This document shows, piece by piece, positions 37,080-50,911 of a stretch of 64,000 nucleotides of DNA. This DNA is from Podarcis cretensis (Eukaryota): the NCBI GenBank assembly GCA_951804945.1, contig OX638163.1, positions 11,780,001 through 11,844,000 of the forward strand. Direction: 5' to 3'. Position numbers and translations under genes: made by a program. Each line of letters starts with the position of its first letter. The stretch's first letter is position 1. The notes beneath the pieces are model-generated. The model did not search any database. It was not told the DNA's origin and saw nothing but the letters and a program-made list of their open reading frames with translations.

Positions 37080-38220
37080 CTCTGAAAAGAAACAGCTGAA
37101 AAACCAAAGCGTGCTTTCTAGATTGCAACGGAGGGTTAAGTGGGTCGCAGATCTACAGGAGTGTATTCAAAGCAACACTCTGCCTTCGATAATTTAGAGA
37201 CAGCCACGATAACCAGTATTGGTACATGACAGTCATATGAAATAATAAACCTTGCTAGCTATAAACATTACCAAATTCTGACACTATTGATTTATTATGT
37301 CTAACAGTGACATCAAAACCGAACAACTGACAGAAACAATGTTACAGCTTTAAGAGCAGTTTGTCAACGATTAATTCTGCCAAACGGGGTTTAGTTTTTA
37401 TGCTGGGACTGCTTGTCTAGCAGTTGTCAATCCAAGCAAAAATTACTACTGCCACACGTCTGCTCACGCCAGCCCGAGGCGCCGCTCGCCTAGCCCTCAT
37501 TACCCCTATTCACTGCAAATAGAGATGCAGGGCCAGTCCCTTTTTAATATGCACGTTAATTATGCAAATTATTAATTGGGCACGTGCTGAAGGACTTGCA
37601 TTTGTGCCCAGGCTGGAGTCAATAATGGCAGCGTGGCAGCATTTCGAGCCTGACCTGTGACAGAAATAAAGCTGGGCTGAGAAGCGGCATTTTCTACGGC
37701 TCCACTCCAAGCTGCAGCTTCTCCCTTTATAGGGCATCCCTGGAAGGCTTCAAGACAGGCTGTGCTCCTCACAGAACATTCACAGCTCTGTCCGAAATCT
37801 CATTATTAATCCAACCTGTTTAGTGTCATTAATACTTCTCTGCTGTATGGCCCTTCACAAAGAATAGAATTCTATCAACACACACACACTGGATCTGCCT
37901 CTTTGCTAACTCACTGCACCCCTCACCCCCCACCCCCAATCTTACCACATATTTTTATGGTCCTTCCAGTAGGACTGTTGTTTTTGTCCTATTTGTATTA
38001 CAGTGTCAATAAAAAGTGTATGACACAATATTATATGCTGTAAATTTGTTTGATTCCACCCCCTTTAAATCAAATAGATTTAAACCCGCAAAAGATAGAG
38101 AGGGTAAAGCTATAAGGCTTTTCCAATTAAAATTTACAGCAGACAATGTTGTAAATTTTATACAGTTGTAATGCTTGCTGCAGTTGTACTGAAATGGGAA
38201 CTATTGATCAGTCTGATTTC
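37080..38220. promoter_or_regulatory. Candidate conserved enhancer cluster (strongest in the window)
   Basis: About 1.1 kb TE-free with CpGs retained. TGATTTAT (Pbx-Hox-like) ~37288; GCACGTTAATTATGCAAATTATTAATTGGGCACGTGC (octamer, homeobox, E-box) ~37551-37587; posterior Hox/Cdx-type TTTTATGG, CAATAAAA, GTAAATT ~37950-38160. Confidence 0.5.
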
Positions 38221-38516
38221 CCAGGGTACATGGCAGGGAGGGGCAAGGGGGGAATACAAGGTAATGTGCAAGCAAGAAACAAAACTTTCATTTGGAAAGC
38301 TTTCTATTATACTTTACTGCCCTCATTTGGTTCCTGACCCATCTTTTTAAGCAGAACAAACAAGGTCAATGCCTCTACCCGCAGGAGCAACACTCACCAC
38401 TACAGGCAGCCAACAACTCCACACCTGTCTCTTCATTCAGAACAATGAGTTTCTGGTGCATTTCTTGTAAGGTTTATGCTAAATAACTCAAAGGTCTCTG
38501 AAGGAAGCTTCTAAAG

Positions 38517-38768
38517 CAAGGGTCAGCAACCTTTTTCAGCCGTGAGCCAGTCCACCGTCCCTCAGACCATGTGGTGGGCCGCACTATATTCTGGGGGTGG
38601 GGAATGAATGAATTCCTATGCTCCACAAATAACCCAGACATGCATTTTAAATAAAAGCACACATTATACTCATTGTAAAAACACGCTGATTCCCAGACTG
38701 TCTGTGGGCCGGATTAAGAAGGCAATTGGGCTGGATCCGGCCCCCGGGCCTTAGGTTGCCTACCCCTG
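38517..38768. mobile_element. hAT-Charlie MITE related to the OC1-like element at 57782
   Basis: TIRs CAAGGGTCAGCAACCT / AGGTTGCCTACCCCTG; perfect TSD TTCTAAAG; shares GTCCCTCAGAC...ACTATA...ATGAA..AATTCCTAT with the left arm of the 57782 element. Confidence 0.9.
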
Positions 38769-38789
38769 TTCTAAAGCTTTTATGACCAC

Positions 38790-39038
38790 AGTTCCACTAG
38801 TCCTATGCCTAGAAGGCATGGATCCGAGCATTTTTCTGCTTGTTCTGTGCTTTCTAGGCATAGATCTGAGTGGCTTTCTGTTTGCCCCACCACATCCTTG
38901 TAAAACTCACTCTTTAGCACTGAATCAGAGCAAATGTCAGTCCACAAAAAACTTGATTGACATTTTCTCCAATTCAGCGCTAAAAATCAGATTTTTCTGG
39001 GGGGAAGCAGCAGGACAAGTGGAAGTCTAGATGAGCCC
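38790..39038. mobile_element. PIF/Harbinger-type MITE, partial
   Basis: Ends TCTAGATGAGCCC; internal similarity to 3849-4097. Confidence 0.6.
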
Positions 39039-40889
39039 TAACTCAGAAGAAACTGGGCCTCAAAAGATGCAGTCACGAGCTCCACATTAGATACCTTGGA
39101 GAAACGTCTATACAGTAGTGCTAAGCGAAGCCTTTTCTACTTCTAACATAACTTACAAAGCAACAGACACAATGTAAATTATGAAATATTCTCCCCATGG
39201 CCATCTAGTCCGTCCTTTTACCTCAATACAACTATCATCTTACTTTACTCTGGAATATATGTATTACTTTGTGTCAGTCCTTGAGCTGGTTCTGTCCAAC
39301 CTCCTCTCTCAGCCCAGATCCTCATATTATAACCAAGTTCCTCTTCATTATAGTTCAGTTATTTTGCACAATTCTGGGCAATAAGTTGCTAAGAATGCAA
39401 ACTAACGAGAAGCAAAAGTAACTCATGTAATTCCTGATAGATGTACCAACCTGCAATGGACACTGCTCAAAATGGTGCCCCTCTCCAGAATTACAAGGGA
39501 AGGGAATATGGCTCATGGAAAAGGAAAACCAATACTCCATGGTCAGAAAATACTAAATCAAATCAACTGAAAGCAAAATATGTTTGGCACGATCGATGTT
39601 ACTTGTAGGTTTTGACTATCTCATTAATAAATCCATCATGCAAAAACGTGCCTGTGTTTTCCTCATTACGTTGTCAGATAGCTGCCACAAATCCCACCAC
39701 ACCATCTGCAGAAGCTGTTAACAGTCCACAAGAAAGACAAGACATTGCCACCCATGTGGCTTAGGTTCCTACATTTTAACTGGGAGTCCAGTAGTAGAAA
39801 AAACAATATTGGAGCCCAGTCAGGCATATTATTGCAGGCATTTTCAGCTGTATACATGGATGAAATAAGTAGAAATAAGTGCATGCTTTCCATTGTGTGT
39901 GTGCAGATTTAATCCCTTCATTGATTGGGAAGAGCCCCAACATGGAATACTCCCTTACATGCATTGGTGCACATGCACACACAGATATCTGATTCAGGCT
40001 GACATGCAGATAAAAACAGGCAGCACATAGTGGCTGGGACAAAAGTACTTGGGATGGTGGTGCCAATGGAATGGATGGGACATCTGTGAAGGCTGAACGC
40101 AATCTTTCCGACCACAGGAAAAAGCACATGGAGAGTAATTATAAATTATTAGTAATAATTATTAGTAATAATAAATTTAATATTAATATTACCAACAATA
40201 AAGCACATTTTTATAGTGAGCTCCAGAGTTTTCAAGAATTTTCACATCCTTACAGAAACCCCATAAGGTAGGCCAGTATCATTATTCACAAAGATTTCAA
40301 GGACTTCCAGTTAGCAGCTATAAATTGCCTCAAAATAATTCCATGTCTTCCTCTGTGGCTATCCCCCTTAAATATTCTCAAACTGCTATACAGTATTTGG
40401 AGATCAGAGAATCTAAGAGCTGGAGGATATTTCCAGTACCACTTGTCAAAGGAGCTGTGCAGGATCCAAATATATGGAAGATAACTGCTCTAACAGTCTG
40501 GCATCTCCAGCATCTGTCCTGAACATTACAGGGTTTTCTGAGATGAGTGCGAATCCTACAGTTCTATCCTTACCCACTGATAATCCCATCAACTGCTAGC
40601 TCTTCTTCCCTTCTCTCCAGTCATTCTTCTTAATCCTACTTGTAGGCTGCCTCTGTCTAGCCCAAGCACCCTTAATTTATAAAGGTAACCCTTTTGGTTG
40701 TATTATATCTTGGTTGTCTTGGCTAATTAACATCCTATACCTTTTGAATGTGTTTGTAGGAAGGGGTGGGGGGGAGGTTTATTTGATTATGTTTATATTA
40801 TTTTTAATTATCTTTTTGGAGTTGTTTATCTTGTATTTATATGTTGTGAACTGTCCTTAGATCTATGGATGAAGGGTGGTATTCAAATT

Positions 40890-40945
40890 GAAATAACAGT
40901 AATAGTAATAGTAATAGTAATAATAATAATAATAATAATAATACA

Positions 40946-40984
<39 letters not shown>

Positions 40985-41400
40985 TAAAGAACGTAAGAAG
41001 AGCCCTGCTGCATTCCTACAAACTTGATTCCTATATTGGCCAGGGAGATGTTTTTAAGAAATCCACAAGAATGACATTACATTTAAGAAATCCACAAGAA
41101 TGACATTACAATAGTCCTCTCCTACTTTGCTTCCAGCAACAATGAACTACCGTAATCAGAGGCAATGTGCCTCTGATCCTGGAGGTGGTATATAATCACT
41201 GTGCCTAGTAGCTTCTGAAAGCCTTAGCCTTCACAGAAACATCTAATCCCCCTTTGAAAGCCATTGAAACTGATGACTGGCATCATCATATCATGCATCT
41301 AGGTGTTTTGCAATTGAAATACGTGCTGTGAAGAAAAATTATTTTATTCTATCCATCTTGGATGTCACACCATTCAGCTCCATAGTTTCTTTCTGGGTTC
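40890..41400 (-). mobile_element. (AAT)n microsatellite (~40893-40983) followed by a CR1 3' remnant containing a 29-bp tandem duplication (41053-41110)
   Basis: AAGAACGTAAGAAGAGCCCTGCTG...ATCTAATCCCCCTTTGAAAGCCA; TTTAAGAAATCCACAAGAATGACATTACA x2. Confidence 0.7.
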
Positions 41401-42334
41401 TAGTATTAGAAAGCAAGGCCAAGGTTGAGAGAGTACTAGTCTGCTACACAATAAATACAGGTGAGTTTTTATCTGGTAGCTCCTCAACACACACTTAGCT
41501 TCTACCTGGCAGCACCTCCATGTAGTATGAGAGCTTCCAGCAGATGCTGCTATTTTAAAGACTCTTCAGAAGCTCCAAGAACTAGAAACTTATTTCTGGT
41601 CAAATGAAGCATGTTGTCCTCAGGAATTTGACTTCCATGATCCACAGTACGATGGCAGCCACATGATAAACCAGCATGCCTGGCACACAGCCCACAAAGC
41701 AAAGGCATCCTGAAGAGCACCGAGTGCCCATCATTAACAAGCTATGTTCCTGGAAAGCAGCAATTTCAAACACACACACACACACTCCATAATCTAAACA
41801 GCTTTCTAGGGATGTAATATGCCCAGAATTAACCTACTGAAAATGAAAGTGTATTTAAACAAAAAGCAACACAGTCTATTGTTAAGATGAAAGGAGACAC
41901 AGCCAAACAATGAGTAAATCCAATAATGAGAAAAATATAACAAAAGGCCCAGGATCCCAGCATCTGGCACAAGATACACTTTGTTGNNNNNNNNNNNNNN
42001 NNNNNNNNNNNNNNNNNNNNNNNNNNNNNNNNNNNNNNNNNNNNNNNNNNNNNNNNNNNNNNNNNNNNNNNNNNNNNNNNNNNNNNNNNNNNNNNNNNNN
42101 NNNNNNNNNNNNNNNNNNAATACCATCCCAACAAAGTAGGGGGCATTTTTATTAAGGCGACCACTTGCAGAAAAACCTGCCAGATGACTTCTCTCTCCTC
42201 TTACCCTCCCCTCATTTTTTTTTATAAAAAAAAGGTTATCATCTTCGCTGTTTGAGCTAAATGTGGCATTAGGGAGTTTTAAACTAATGAGTTCATTTTT
42301 CTAGGAGGAGGGGGGAAAGAGGGTGAAGGGAGAG

Positions 42335-42404
<70 letters not shown>

Positions 42405-42813
42405 TTTCCCTGGATCTGACAGATGACAAGGAAACCTACATAGTCTTGTGAAATGCATGTGCATGTTTGCACATGTTTAACATGGTTTTGGTGAAAGCTG
42501 TGTAATATTTAACCTGAATACTGGGTTGAATGTATGTCTTTTTGAACAAACAAGAGGGGAAAGACAGATAAGAATCCTATTTAAGTGTTTAAAGACAACA
42601 CACTGAAGATGTTGCTTAAGACTCACTATGCTTTACTTCAAACCCTCCCCTCCCCCTTTTAAAAAAGGATGGACCGCCAATGTGTCTGGGATGAAGGTCA
42701 TGATTTTCTAGTAGACTTATAAAATGTGCCGTGTCAAAATAATGTTTTTAATAGTCAATTTGTGCCCCTTATTTTTCTATAAACATTACCTCTGACCCCA
42801 AGTGCTATCACTA

Positions 42814-43055
42814 CAGTGGCACCTCTGGTTATGAATGCTTCTGGTTAAGAACACTTCAGGTTAAGAGCTCCGCTAACCTGGAAGTAGCTGCTGCTGGTTG
42901 CGAACTTTGCCCCAGGATGTGAACAGAAATCTCACGCCAGAGACACGCGCACAGCAGGAGGCCCCGTTAGCGAAAGCACGCCTCAGGATAAGAACGATTT
43001 CAGCTTAAGAACGGACCTCTGGAATGAATTAAGTTCATAACCAGAGGTACCACTG
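42814..43055. mobile_element. Tc1/mariner (Tigger-like) MITE
   Basis: TA|CAGTGGCACCTCTGGTTATGAA ... TTCATAACCAGAGGTACCACTG|TA. Confidence 0.92.
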
Positions 43056-44554
43056 TATTTTAGACCTGCACACTCAGCATGCCATTATTTAGAAATATTA
43101 TGGTTTCCTAATTAACATGCTAATTATTTTGCACTATACATTTGCTATGTTGTTGAACAAACATACAGCACAAACTGGTGTTTACCCCAATGAAGAAAGC
43201 AAGGAAAGTGTGCACTAATTTCCCCACCTACCCCCACCCCTTGACATCTTTACCGATAATATTTTTTTCAGACTGAAAAGTGTATCTACGAGCTGCTCTT
43301 GCTGATGCGCACTGCAGTTTACCACGGTGTCTATATTTCTGTTGTCAGATTTTATAGTATCTTCCTTCATTAAACCTATCAAGTTTTCCTTTTGATCATG
43401 CAACCAAGGCTAGAAGACAGATATCTTCCTGGAACAGAGCAGTCTGCCAAGTCTTCCTCAAGACCANNNNNNNNNNNNNNNNNNNNNNNNNNNNNNNNNN
43501 NNNNNNNNNNNNNNNNNNNNNNNNNNNNNNNNNNNNNNNNNNNNNNNNNNNNNNNNNNNNNNNNNNNNNNNNNNNNNNNNNNNNNNNNNNNNNNNNNNAG
43601 CAAAATGGGAAGAGACTTTTAGCTTGATTTAGAATGTTGATTTTTGTGCACTAGTTTTGTTTTGACTTTGTTTTTTCATCACCAATTTTTACAAGCCATA
43701 TTAAGTTAATGCAACATTGTTTTCCTAAGTAGACTGAATACTAAAGGAAAGAGGGAGGAGAGGAGATTACTGTAACTACCATTGTGTTCCTGCAAACTAA
43801 TATGTACACGAGACAAAATGTTTGTCAATTAAAATTGTTTTAAACTAAATCCCAGGCCAATTTAATTTAAATACTGAGTTGATTTTAAATCAGAAGTATG
43901 TGTATGTGTGTATATATATAAAATTTGTGCCTGGAAAGGGGTGGGAAGAGAGTATCAATGAGGGAAGAGGTAACCTATGTCATCATTTCTAGAGCTAGTC
44001 CAGTGAAAAGAGCTCTGGTTTTCAGCCCTGAAAGCTAACAACCCCCATTCCAGCTGTATAGTTAACCTTTTGCACGTCAGTTATACTGGATGTGAATTTG
44101 CTTCAGGTCCAATTCAAAATGCTGCTTTTAACTTTTAAAGCCCTGCATTTTGGGGAAAATGGAATGTGAATATATAAATAAACAAAATACAGGTATTCAA
44201 CAATGTCATCACAATATACGATAGGCATGGAGCTTACCAGCAAAAACTGGCCAAGCTATGCTAAAACAACAACATACAAGTGCAGGAGATAGCGCTAGAG
44301 TGAACACAGAGGAATAGTCTGGCACCAAAAAGATAATTTAGCCCTCCTTTAAGTGAGATGGCCAGAATGCCCTACTTTACAGACAATGTTTCTGTGTTTG
44401 AATATGTCCTCTATTTGAAGGGCTATTCCTTCCAAGTCTGCTTTGAAGAGAAAAAGAGAGCAGAAGCCTCAGTGTGGCCCATCAGCAGTTAGCATCTGGA
44501 CAGCAGACCAAGAAGACACACATGCCAACTGGTCACAGTCTTCCCCTTAAATGT

Positions 44555-44701
44555 GAGAGGCTTGCCAGCTCAGCTGCTAGAGGATGAGACTCAGAGCTGT
44601 GGGTTCAAACCCCACATCGGGTGAAAGATTCCTGCATTGCAGAGGGTTGGACTGGATGATGCTTGTGGTCCCTACCAACTCTATGAGTCCATGATTCCAT
44701 G
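44555..44701 (+). mobile_element. tRNA-derived SINE with CR1 tail (Squam2-like)
   Basis: A-box-like AGCTCAG, B-box GGTTCAAACCC, CR1-type tail GGGTTGGACTGGATGA...GGTCCCTACCAACTCTATGAGTCCATGATTCCATG. Confidence 0.75.
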
Positions 44702-45294
44702 CAATTATAATTATTATGTCTAAATTTTAATCTAGACATATAATTACTATATGCAAATCCAAGTTTCTTCTATTCTCTGTAATCTGTGTCTACAAGGCTC
44801 TCTATCAAAACCATCACATCACAAGTGTCTTGGGAGTTGAGATATGCTAGTATGCTAAGAGCAAAGTTTTCCTAGTAGCACATAGTATTTGCTCCCAAGT
44901 ATGCAGCAGGGTGCCAAATCTTCCACTCATCCTTGTCAACAGAGAAAGAGTTGATTGGCCTTAATCATGTTTCTCAACCCAGCAAAGATTCCATAAATGC
45001 ACAAGGTCATTCCACCCTGCATCTTGCAGGCAAAAGTAGTTTAGGTTCAACAAGACCCATAAACCACCCCTGGAGCACATACCACTTATTCATCAGAACC
45101 TGAGGATGCATGCATGTCTGGAGGGTGGTGTGACAAGGCAAAATATAGGAATATTAACACACCTTAAATGGTGTTATATGGTACACCTTTTCTGCTTGGT
45201 ATACAAAAGTTTATAGACCCAACACCAAAGTGAAATCTCAGAATTCACAAGTCTATTCACTCTCCCTTGCTGTCCCCATATGCCTGGAATGATA

Positions 45295-45540
45295 CAGTGG
45301 TACCTTGGTTTATGAACTTAATCTGTTCCAAAAGTCCGTTCTTAAACCAAAGTGTTTTTAAACCAAGGTGTGCTTTCCCATAGCAGCGGGGGACTCAATT
45401 TACAAATGGAACACACTCAACAGGAAGCCTCACATGTTCTTATTCCAAGTTCACAAACCAAAACACCTACTTCTGGGTTTGCAGCATTCTTAAACCAAGT
45501 TGTTCATAAACTAAGCTGTTCTTAAACCAAGGTACCACTG
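45295..45540. mobile_element. Tc1/mariner (Tigger-like) MITE
   Basis: TA|CAGTGGTACCTTGGTTTA ... TAAACCAAGGTACCACTG|TA. Confidence 0.92.
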
Positions 45541-46759
45541 TATCTCTCAGAACACCTACAACATGCTGCCTTCCCCACACCCCACTACTTTAAATCTGAA
45601 ATGAAAACCTCCCTACCTCTTATGCAAAGCCCTTAATCCTCACCCTGCCCCGCAACAGAAACAAAGCTAAGCACTTGTAACTCCATTTGCTCAAATTCAT
45701 CCCTTCTCAGTCTGAATTTAGATGGCAAGCTCTTCAAGGGCAGGGATCTCTTATGTTTACAATACTCAGTAAAGAGCAACACACATGGTGAACATTTTAT
45801 AAATATATTTATAGAAATTATTTCACCTTTCACTGCAAATGGCTCAAGATGGCTTTCAAATAGAAAACACAGTTCTAAACAGCCATAAACAGCAAAACAG
45901 CAAATAAAAATATAAAGCCAGCCACTAAATAAACAGGACAACACTGTGTTACAATATTAAGTATAGGTACACACACAAAGCCAACACACATAATGAAACA
46001 TGCATTAAAATATAAGCTGAAGACTTCTCCAGTTTGATGCATGAAGAACAGTTCTCTCTGCTTTGAAGAAAAAAACTTGTTAAAAGATTTGCGTTTCTGC
46101 AAGTATTTGCAGAACACACAAAGACCACATCAACACTGACTGCTTTGGTTTCTAAGAACTATTAACCAGCACCCAAATTCATAAAATACCTAAATACTAC
46201 AAAAAAAATCTTCTTCAGCACTTAGTGAAGGTTCTGCAATTATTGTTTTTTAGTGTGAGGTTTCACCAAAATTGCCAGAAACCATCCCTGTGACATGTAC
46301 CTCTTTCTTTAGGGTGTATCAAGTAATTCCAAAGACCTCTGAGCAAACTCTTATCACCAAGATGGTCAGTTGCCCTCTACACATCTGCACATTACATGAA
46401 TGGCTTCCAACAAGCTTTCAGGTTCTCTCTATTTAGGAACCAAACCTTTAACCCACCCTATTTCCTACTATCAGCTCCGTCAGCTCCAGAGCAGATAAGC
46501 TCTCTCTTTTTGTTTTTAGGGTCATCCCAGACTGGGTGCTTTTTATTGCTGGTGTGCTGTGCATCATGTAATTTATGCAGTAATAGTACAATAGTGGTGG
46601 ATTGACCACCCACATATCATTTCACTTTATTAGCAATCCATTTACCGTAAACAGTAACTTAAATAAAAGGTACCAATACCAAAACTACATCAAAATCAAA
46701 ATCAGGAGTAGGTCAGCAATAAAAACACCATTGTCAGTGATGTTAACCCTTCCCAGAAA

Positions 46760-47249
46760 CTCTTCCCAGTAGGTCTTGCCCCAATGAGGCAGTTGCGAGG
46801 ACTGAAGGTCCCTGTCTTCCCACTGCTAAGGCTCCTCTCCTGGTCCCTCCCCCAACAGCCTAAGACTCTGTCACCTTGTGTCTCAGTGCTCCATACTCTT
46901 CATTTATCTGCATGTTCTAGATGACCAGGGGGAAGGGAAGCCGGTTGCTGCAGGAAGGGTAAACTCCTTGGCTTCTTCAGCAGCCTGCTTCATCCTTGTC
47001 TCTTGGCCCACCTCCTCTTCTGCTTCTGAGCCTGGACTGCTCTCTGCCCAGCTTCTTCCTGCTCAGTAAACCCTGTTGCCTCTTCAGCTTCCAGCACCTC
47101 CTCCTCCTCCCAGTCTGCTCCCTCTTCTCCTTCTGACCACACATCACCGTCCCACCACCAATCCCCTGGCTCTGAGCCCCTGTGGGTTTCCTTGGGGATT
47201 CCTCAGTGGTCCCTCCCACTACTCCTCTGCATCCAGCCAATCCATGACA
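46760..47249 (-). mobile_element. Probable Gypsy-type LTR fragment (solo, truncated)
   Basis: Minus strand begins TGTCATGGATTGGCTGGATGCAGAGGAG with a purine-rich body, recalled as a lizard LTR type; no TSD found. Confidence 0.5.
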
Positions 47250-47879
47250 CACAGGGTGTAAGTTCCATCATTATGGTGCTATTACTGAGAAACCTCTGCC
47301 GCTTGAACCCATTTGTGAATGGAGAGAGCAGAGAATAAGGTCTCAGAGACTGAACTTAAAAGGTGGGCAGGTTCATCTTGGAGCAAGCAAACAAGAATGG
47401 AGAGAGGAAATGCTGCCCTATTTCAAAGCTGCCGAAGTCAAAACACCTCTTTACTTTCCATGTAAAAAGAAAAAAGAAATCTTACAAAACCCATGAAGTA
47501 CCATTTACTTCCTTCTTGAAACCATTCTAGTGCTTCATCATCTTCTGTAGGAATCTGGAGATATGGAATACATCAATGAAAGCCAGCCCTTTTCCCACTG
47601 AAAATCACCAAGCAGCTGATGAAAGCCGTCTTCAAATTGCTGGGAAGCAGCAGCAGCAGCAGCAGCTGGGCCCTCTCATCAAAATATATTTAGAGATTTT
47701 TAAAAGATCATCTCAACGGACTGCTGAGCCTGGCATCCCTTTTAGAGCCAGGAGGCACAATCTGAGGTGTTAAGGAAGAAGAAGGGGAGATGGAAAACTC
47801 CCCCTTTTAAAGTTGGGAGTTTATATTTTAATAGTGTTCTATTAAAATGAGAATTTCAGGAATGCTCTCAGTGTTTACA

Positions 47880-48150
47880 TCAAGGCTCTTTACAGCAAAT
47901 CCAGTCGTGGTGTGTGTGTGTGTGATAAATAAAAACACAAACATTCATCCATAGAACAGAACCATTAAAAAGGCAGATTAATAGCCTGACAGTTCGAACA
48001 GCTTCTCTGGAGCCATTAGGCACCATGGTGCAAATACGTACTCCGGGCATTTCTGAAAAGAGCATTAATGGCATGATGGACTGTAACCACCGCACTCCCA
48101 TACACCTGGATTTATGCTGTTTATTTGGAATGCCTATACGCACCATATGC
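47880..48150. promoter_or_regulatory. Candidate conserved non-coding element
   Basis: CCATTAA, GATTAAT, CCATTAG, CATTAATG, GGATTTATG, TGTTTATTT motifs; CpGs retained. Confidence 0.3.
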
Positions 48151-49205
48151 TCAGCAAATATTTTTATGGAAGCAGTTACTGAGTGTAAGGATCACACAGC
48201 TGGTACAGGCTTCCTGCCCCAGGGAGAGAAGAAAGGGAGGCACGACTATCTTTCAAGATTGAGGAAGGGTATGATTTAAAAAAAGCCATGCATGTTTAGG
48301 ATAAGAAAATAGACCTTCAGCTGCCCAGCACAAGGAATGGAAATGCAGCTCTTTTAGCAAAAACAGCACAGATCACCTGGGGTGGTGGGGTGGGGATGTC
48401 CTTCAGAGTTGCTCCTGAACTATTTTTAAACAGCTGATAAAATTGGAGAGGCTTGTATTTAAACTATGTCAGCCTCAAGGACATGAAGGACAGTGATTGC
48501 AGAAAGTGACACACAGGGATGTGTGTGTGGAAAGCAGAGTGAAGGCACAAGATATCCACTCCATATTTGACCCAGAGCACTGACTGCTACTGAGTTCTGT
48601 AACACAACACATGTGTTCCATGCCATAGGCTAAAACTTATAGAAGGGCTTACAAACAGGAATTGTGGGGTGTGCACTATCAGTGTGGGAAGGCTAGGCTG
48701 CTAGAGTCCAGACTTGGGGTAGTGTGACCAACTGCACTACAAATCCAGAAGAAAAATTATGTACCTCAAGTCCAATTGAAAGTACATTGGGACAGCAGAG
48801 GGAGGAATTCCTGCTTCTGCTTTTCAGAGCCAAGCCAACTAACCAGCAGCTGTCTTTAGAAGTTTGCACTCAAACTGCTTCCCTCAAAGCATGTTAAATG
48901 CTACCTTATCATCCCTACATACCTCCTCTTTCACAACTCCCATCATTCCTGTTCATCAACTATGGAGGGTGAGGTTAATGGAAATTGGAGTCCTAATGAC
49001 ATATGGAAGGCCACAGGTTTCCTATTCCCACACCGGCTGCAAAAAGTGGAAATCTGATAGCTTGTTTAATTAATATGTATATACTATGTCATCTGCAAAG
49101 TAGCAGTTGGTAGTGCAAAAATAAATTGTAAAAACCATTAAAAAGTAATCTTAAAAATCACCCATCCAAAATGGTGTTGTTGTTTTTAATTGATAACATT
49201 CCCAG

Positions 49206-49482
49206 GGTAAGGTGAAGGTAAAGAACCCCTGGATGGTTAAGTCCAGTCAAAGGTGACTATGGAGTGTGGCACTCATCTCTGCTTTCAGGCCGAGGGAGCC
49301 GGCGTTTGTACACAGACAGCTCTTTCCAGGTCATGTGGCCATCATGACTAAACCACTTCTGGAGTAACGGAGGACTGTGATGAATGCCAGAGTGCACGGA
49401 AACACCATTTACCTTCCCGCTGCAGTGGTACCTATTTATCTACTTGCACTGGTATGCTTTCAAACTGCTAGGGTATCGGAGG
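49206..49482 (-). mobile_element. Sauria SINE (Squam1), 5'-truncated
   Basis: Reverse-complement tail GGTAAAG; TTTACCTTCCCGC...GGTACCTATTTATCTACTTGCAC...CTTTCAAACTGCTAGG. Confidence 0.93.
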
Positions 49483-50789
49483 TGATGCTCTGATTGAATA
49501 CAAAAAGTGTTCAATGACACTTAAAAACCAATAGATCTATAGTGGCATAAGCTTTTGTTTACTAGACCCCAATTGTCAGGTATTCTTGTGTCTATAAACT
49601 TAACTACATAAGAATTACTTGGATCCAAAACAAAAGGGTTGTTTCTGAATTAGCAGAAAAGCATCATGTGGCAATATGTGATGCCAAATGCAGGGAGGTT
49701 CATTTATTTGCTCAAGACTTTGTACAACCACTTTTCAAAACCTTTTATGGCCCACTATTTTCATATGCTACAGACTGGATCTTCCTTAATCGCCATGTCA
49801 TAATATAATGCAGCCCTTGATGTTATTTGCTGCACTACAAGAAGACTTTCACTAGCTTGAACAAAAATTCAAATGTACATAAGGTGAAATGGCATTTTCT
49901 CATAGTCCTGTGAATCAAAGCCAACACTTATACTTGAGTATTAGTAACCCCGTCCAGTCTATAAAAGTAACACTGAGCAGAAACTCAGGAAGAAGTGGGA
50001 TGCATGCTTATATTCCCTTCTCAGCATCTGTAAACTCCCTTTTCACTTACTTTCACGTGGAGAGAAGAAAAATGCTTCTTCGAATGTTTTTATATGGATA
50101 GTTTTTAAGACAGACAGATGCTTTCTAGGTACATGACATGAAGCTGTATAAAAGCAAATCTGCCCTGGACATCCTAGCCATACTGAAAATATTGCAGCTG
50201 CCAGCTTTGTTTTGTTTTTCTTGTTTCTTTTTGGCCTGTTCTGTGTAAGATGTGCTCTTAAAGACTCTGTGCTAATATCCAGGTGTCCTAGCCATTTTTC
50301 CTGTCCTGCCTTTTTCTGAACTCTGCTTCTAAAAATGGAAGTAATTTTTGACTTGCCCTTATTTATTTCTGGCATCTGGTTTCAAGCAAGTGATTGAGTT
50401 TCAGACCACTTATTCCGAATCAAATAAAGAAGATAAGAAATATTTATCTGCACAGGACCCCTAAACTTACAACCCACTCAGGAACACAAACAGATTACAG
50501 AATTTCTAAAAGTTAAATCAAAAAATGAACTTACTGAATCCAGCTACTTTGAAGAAGGGACTGCTTATTTATGTATCATTTTAAGAGGAAATTGAGAGGC
50601 CATTAGGCAGCTCAATATCACACTTGCTCACACTACCTAGTTTTGCATCATCCTTGCTGCCAAGGAGGAACCAATGGCCAGCCTGGATGGAATCAACACA
50701 TAAGGTTCTTCCCAGCTAGCCTCACATGGGCTCCCCACATGGGGGAGCAGTTCATGACACAAAGTGAACTCTACTCTACAGAAATTGGG

Positions 50790-50911
50790 CTCTGGTGGCA
50801 CGGCAACAGCAGGAGGCCCCATTAGCTAAAGTGATGCTTCAGGTTAAGAACAGTTTCAGGTTAAGAACGGACCTGCGGAACGAATTAAGTACGTAACCTG
50901 AGGTACCACTG
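50790..50911. mobile_element. Tc1/mariner MITE, right half
   Basis: CAGCAGGAGGCCCC..TTAGCTAAAG...GGTTAAGAACGGACC...GAGGTACCACTG|TA; homologous to the right half of the 42814 element. Confidence 0.85.

Noticed and set aside
47576-47773. PolyQ-containing 65-aa ORF
   Set aside because: A short (CAG)n microsatellite with no exon support.
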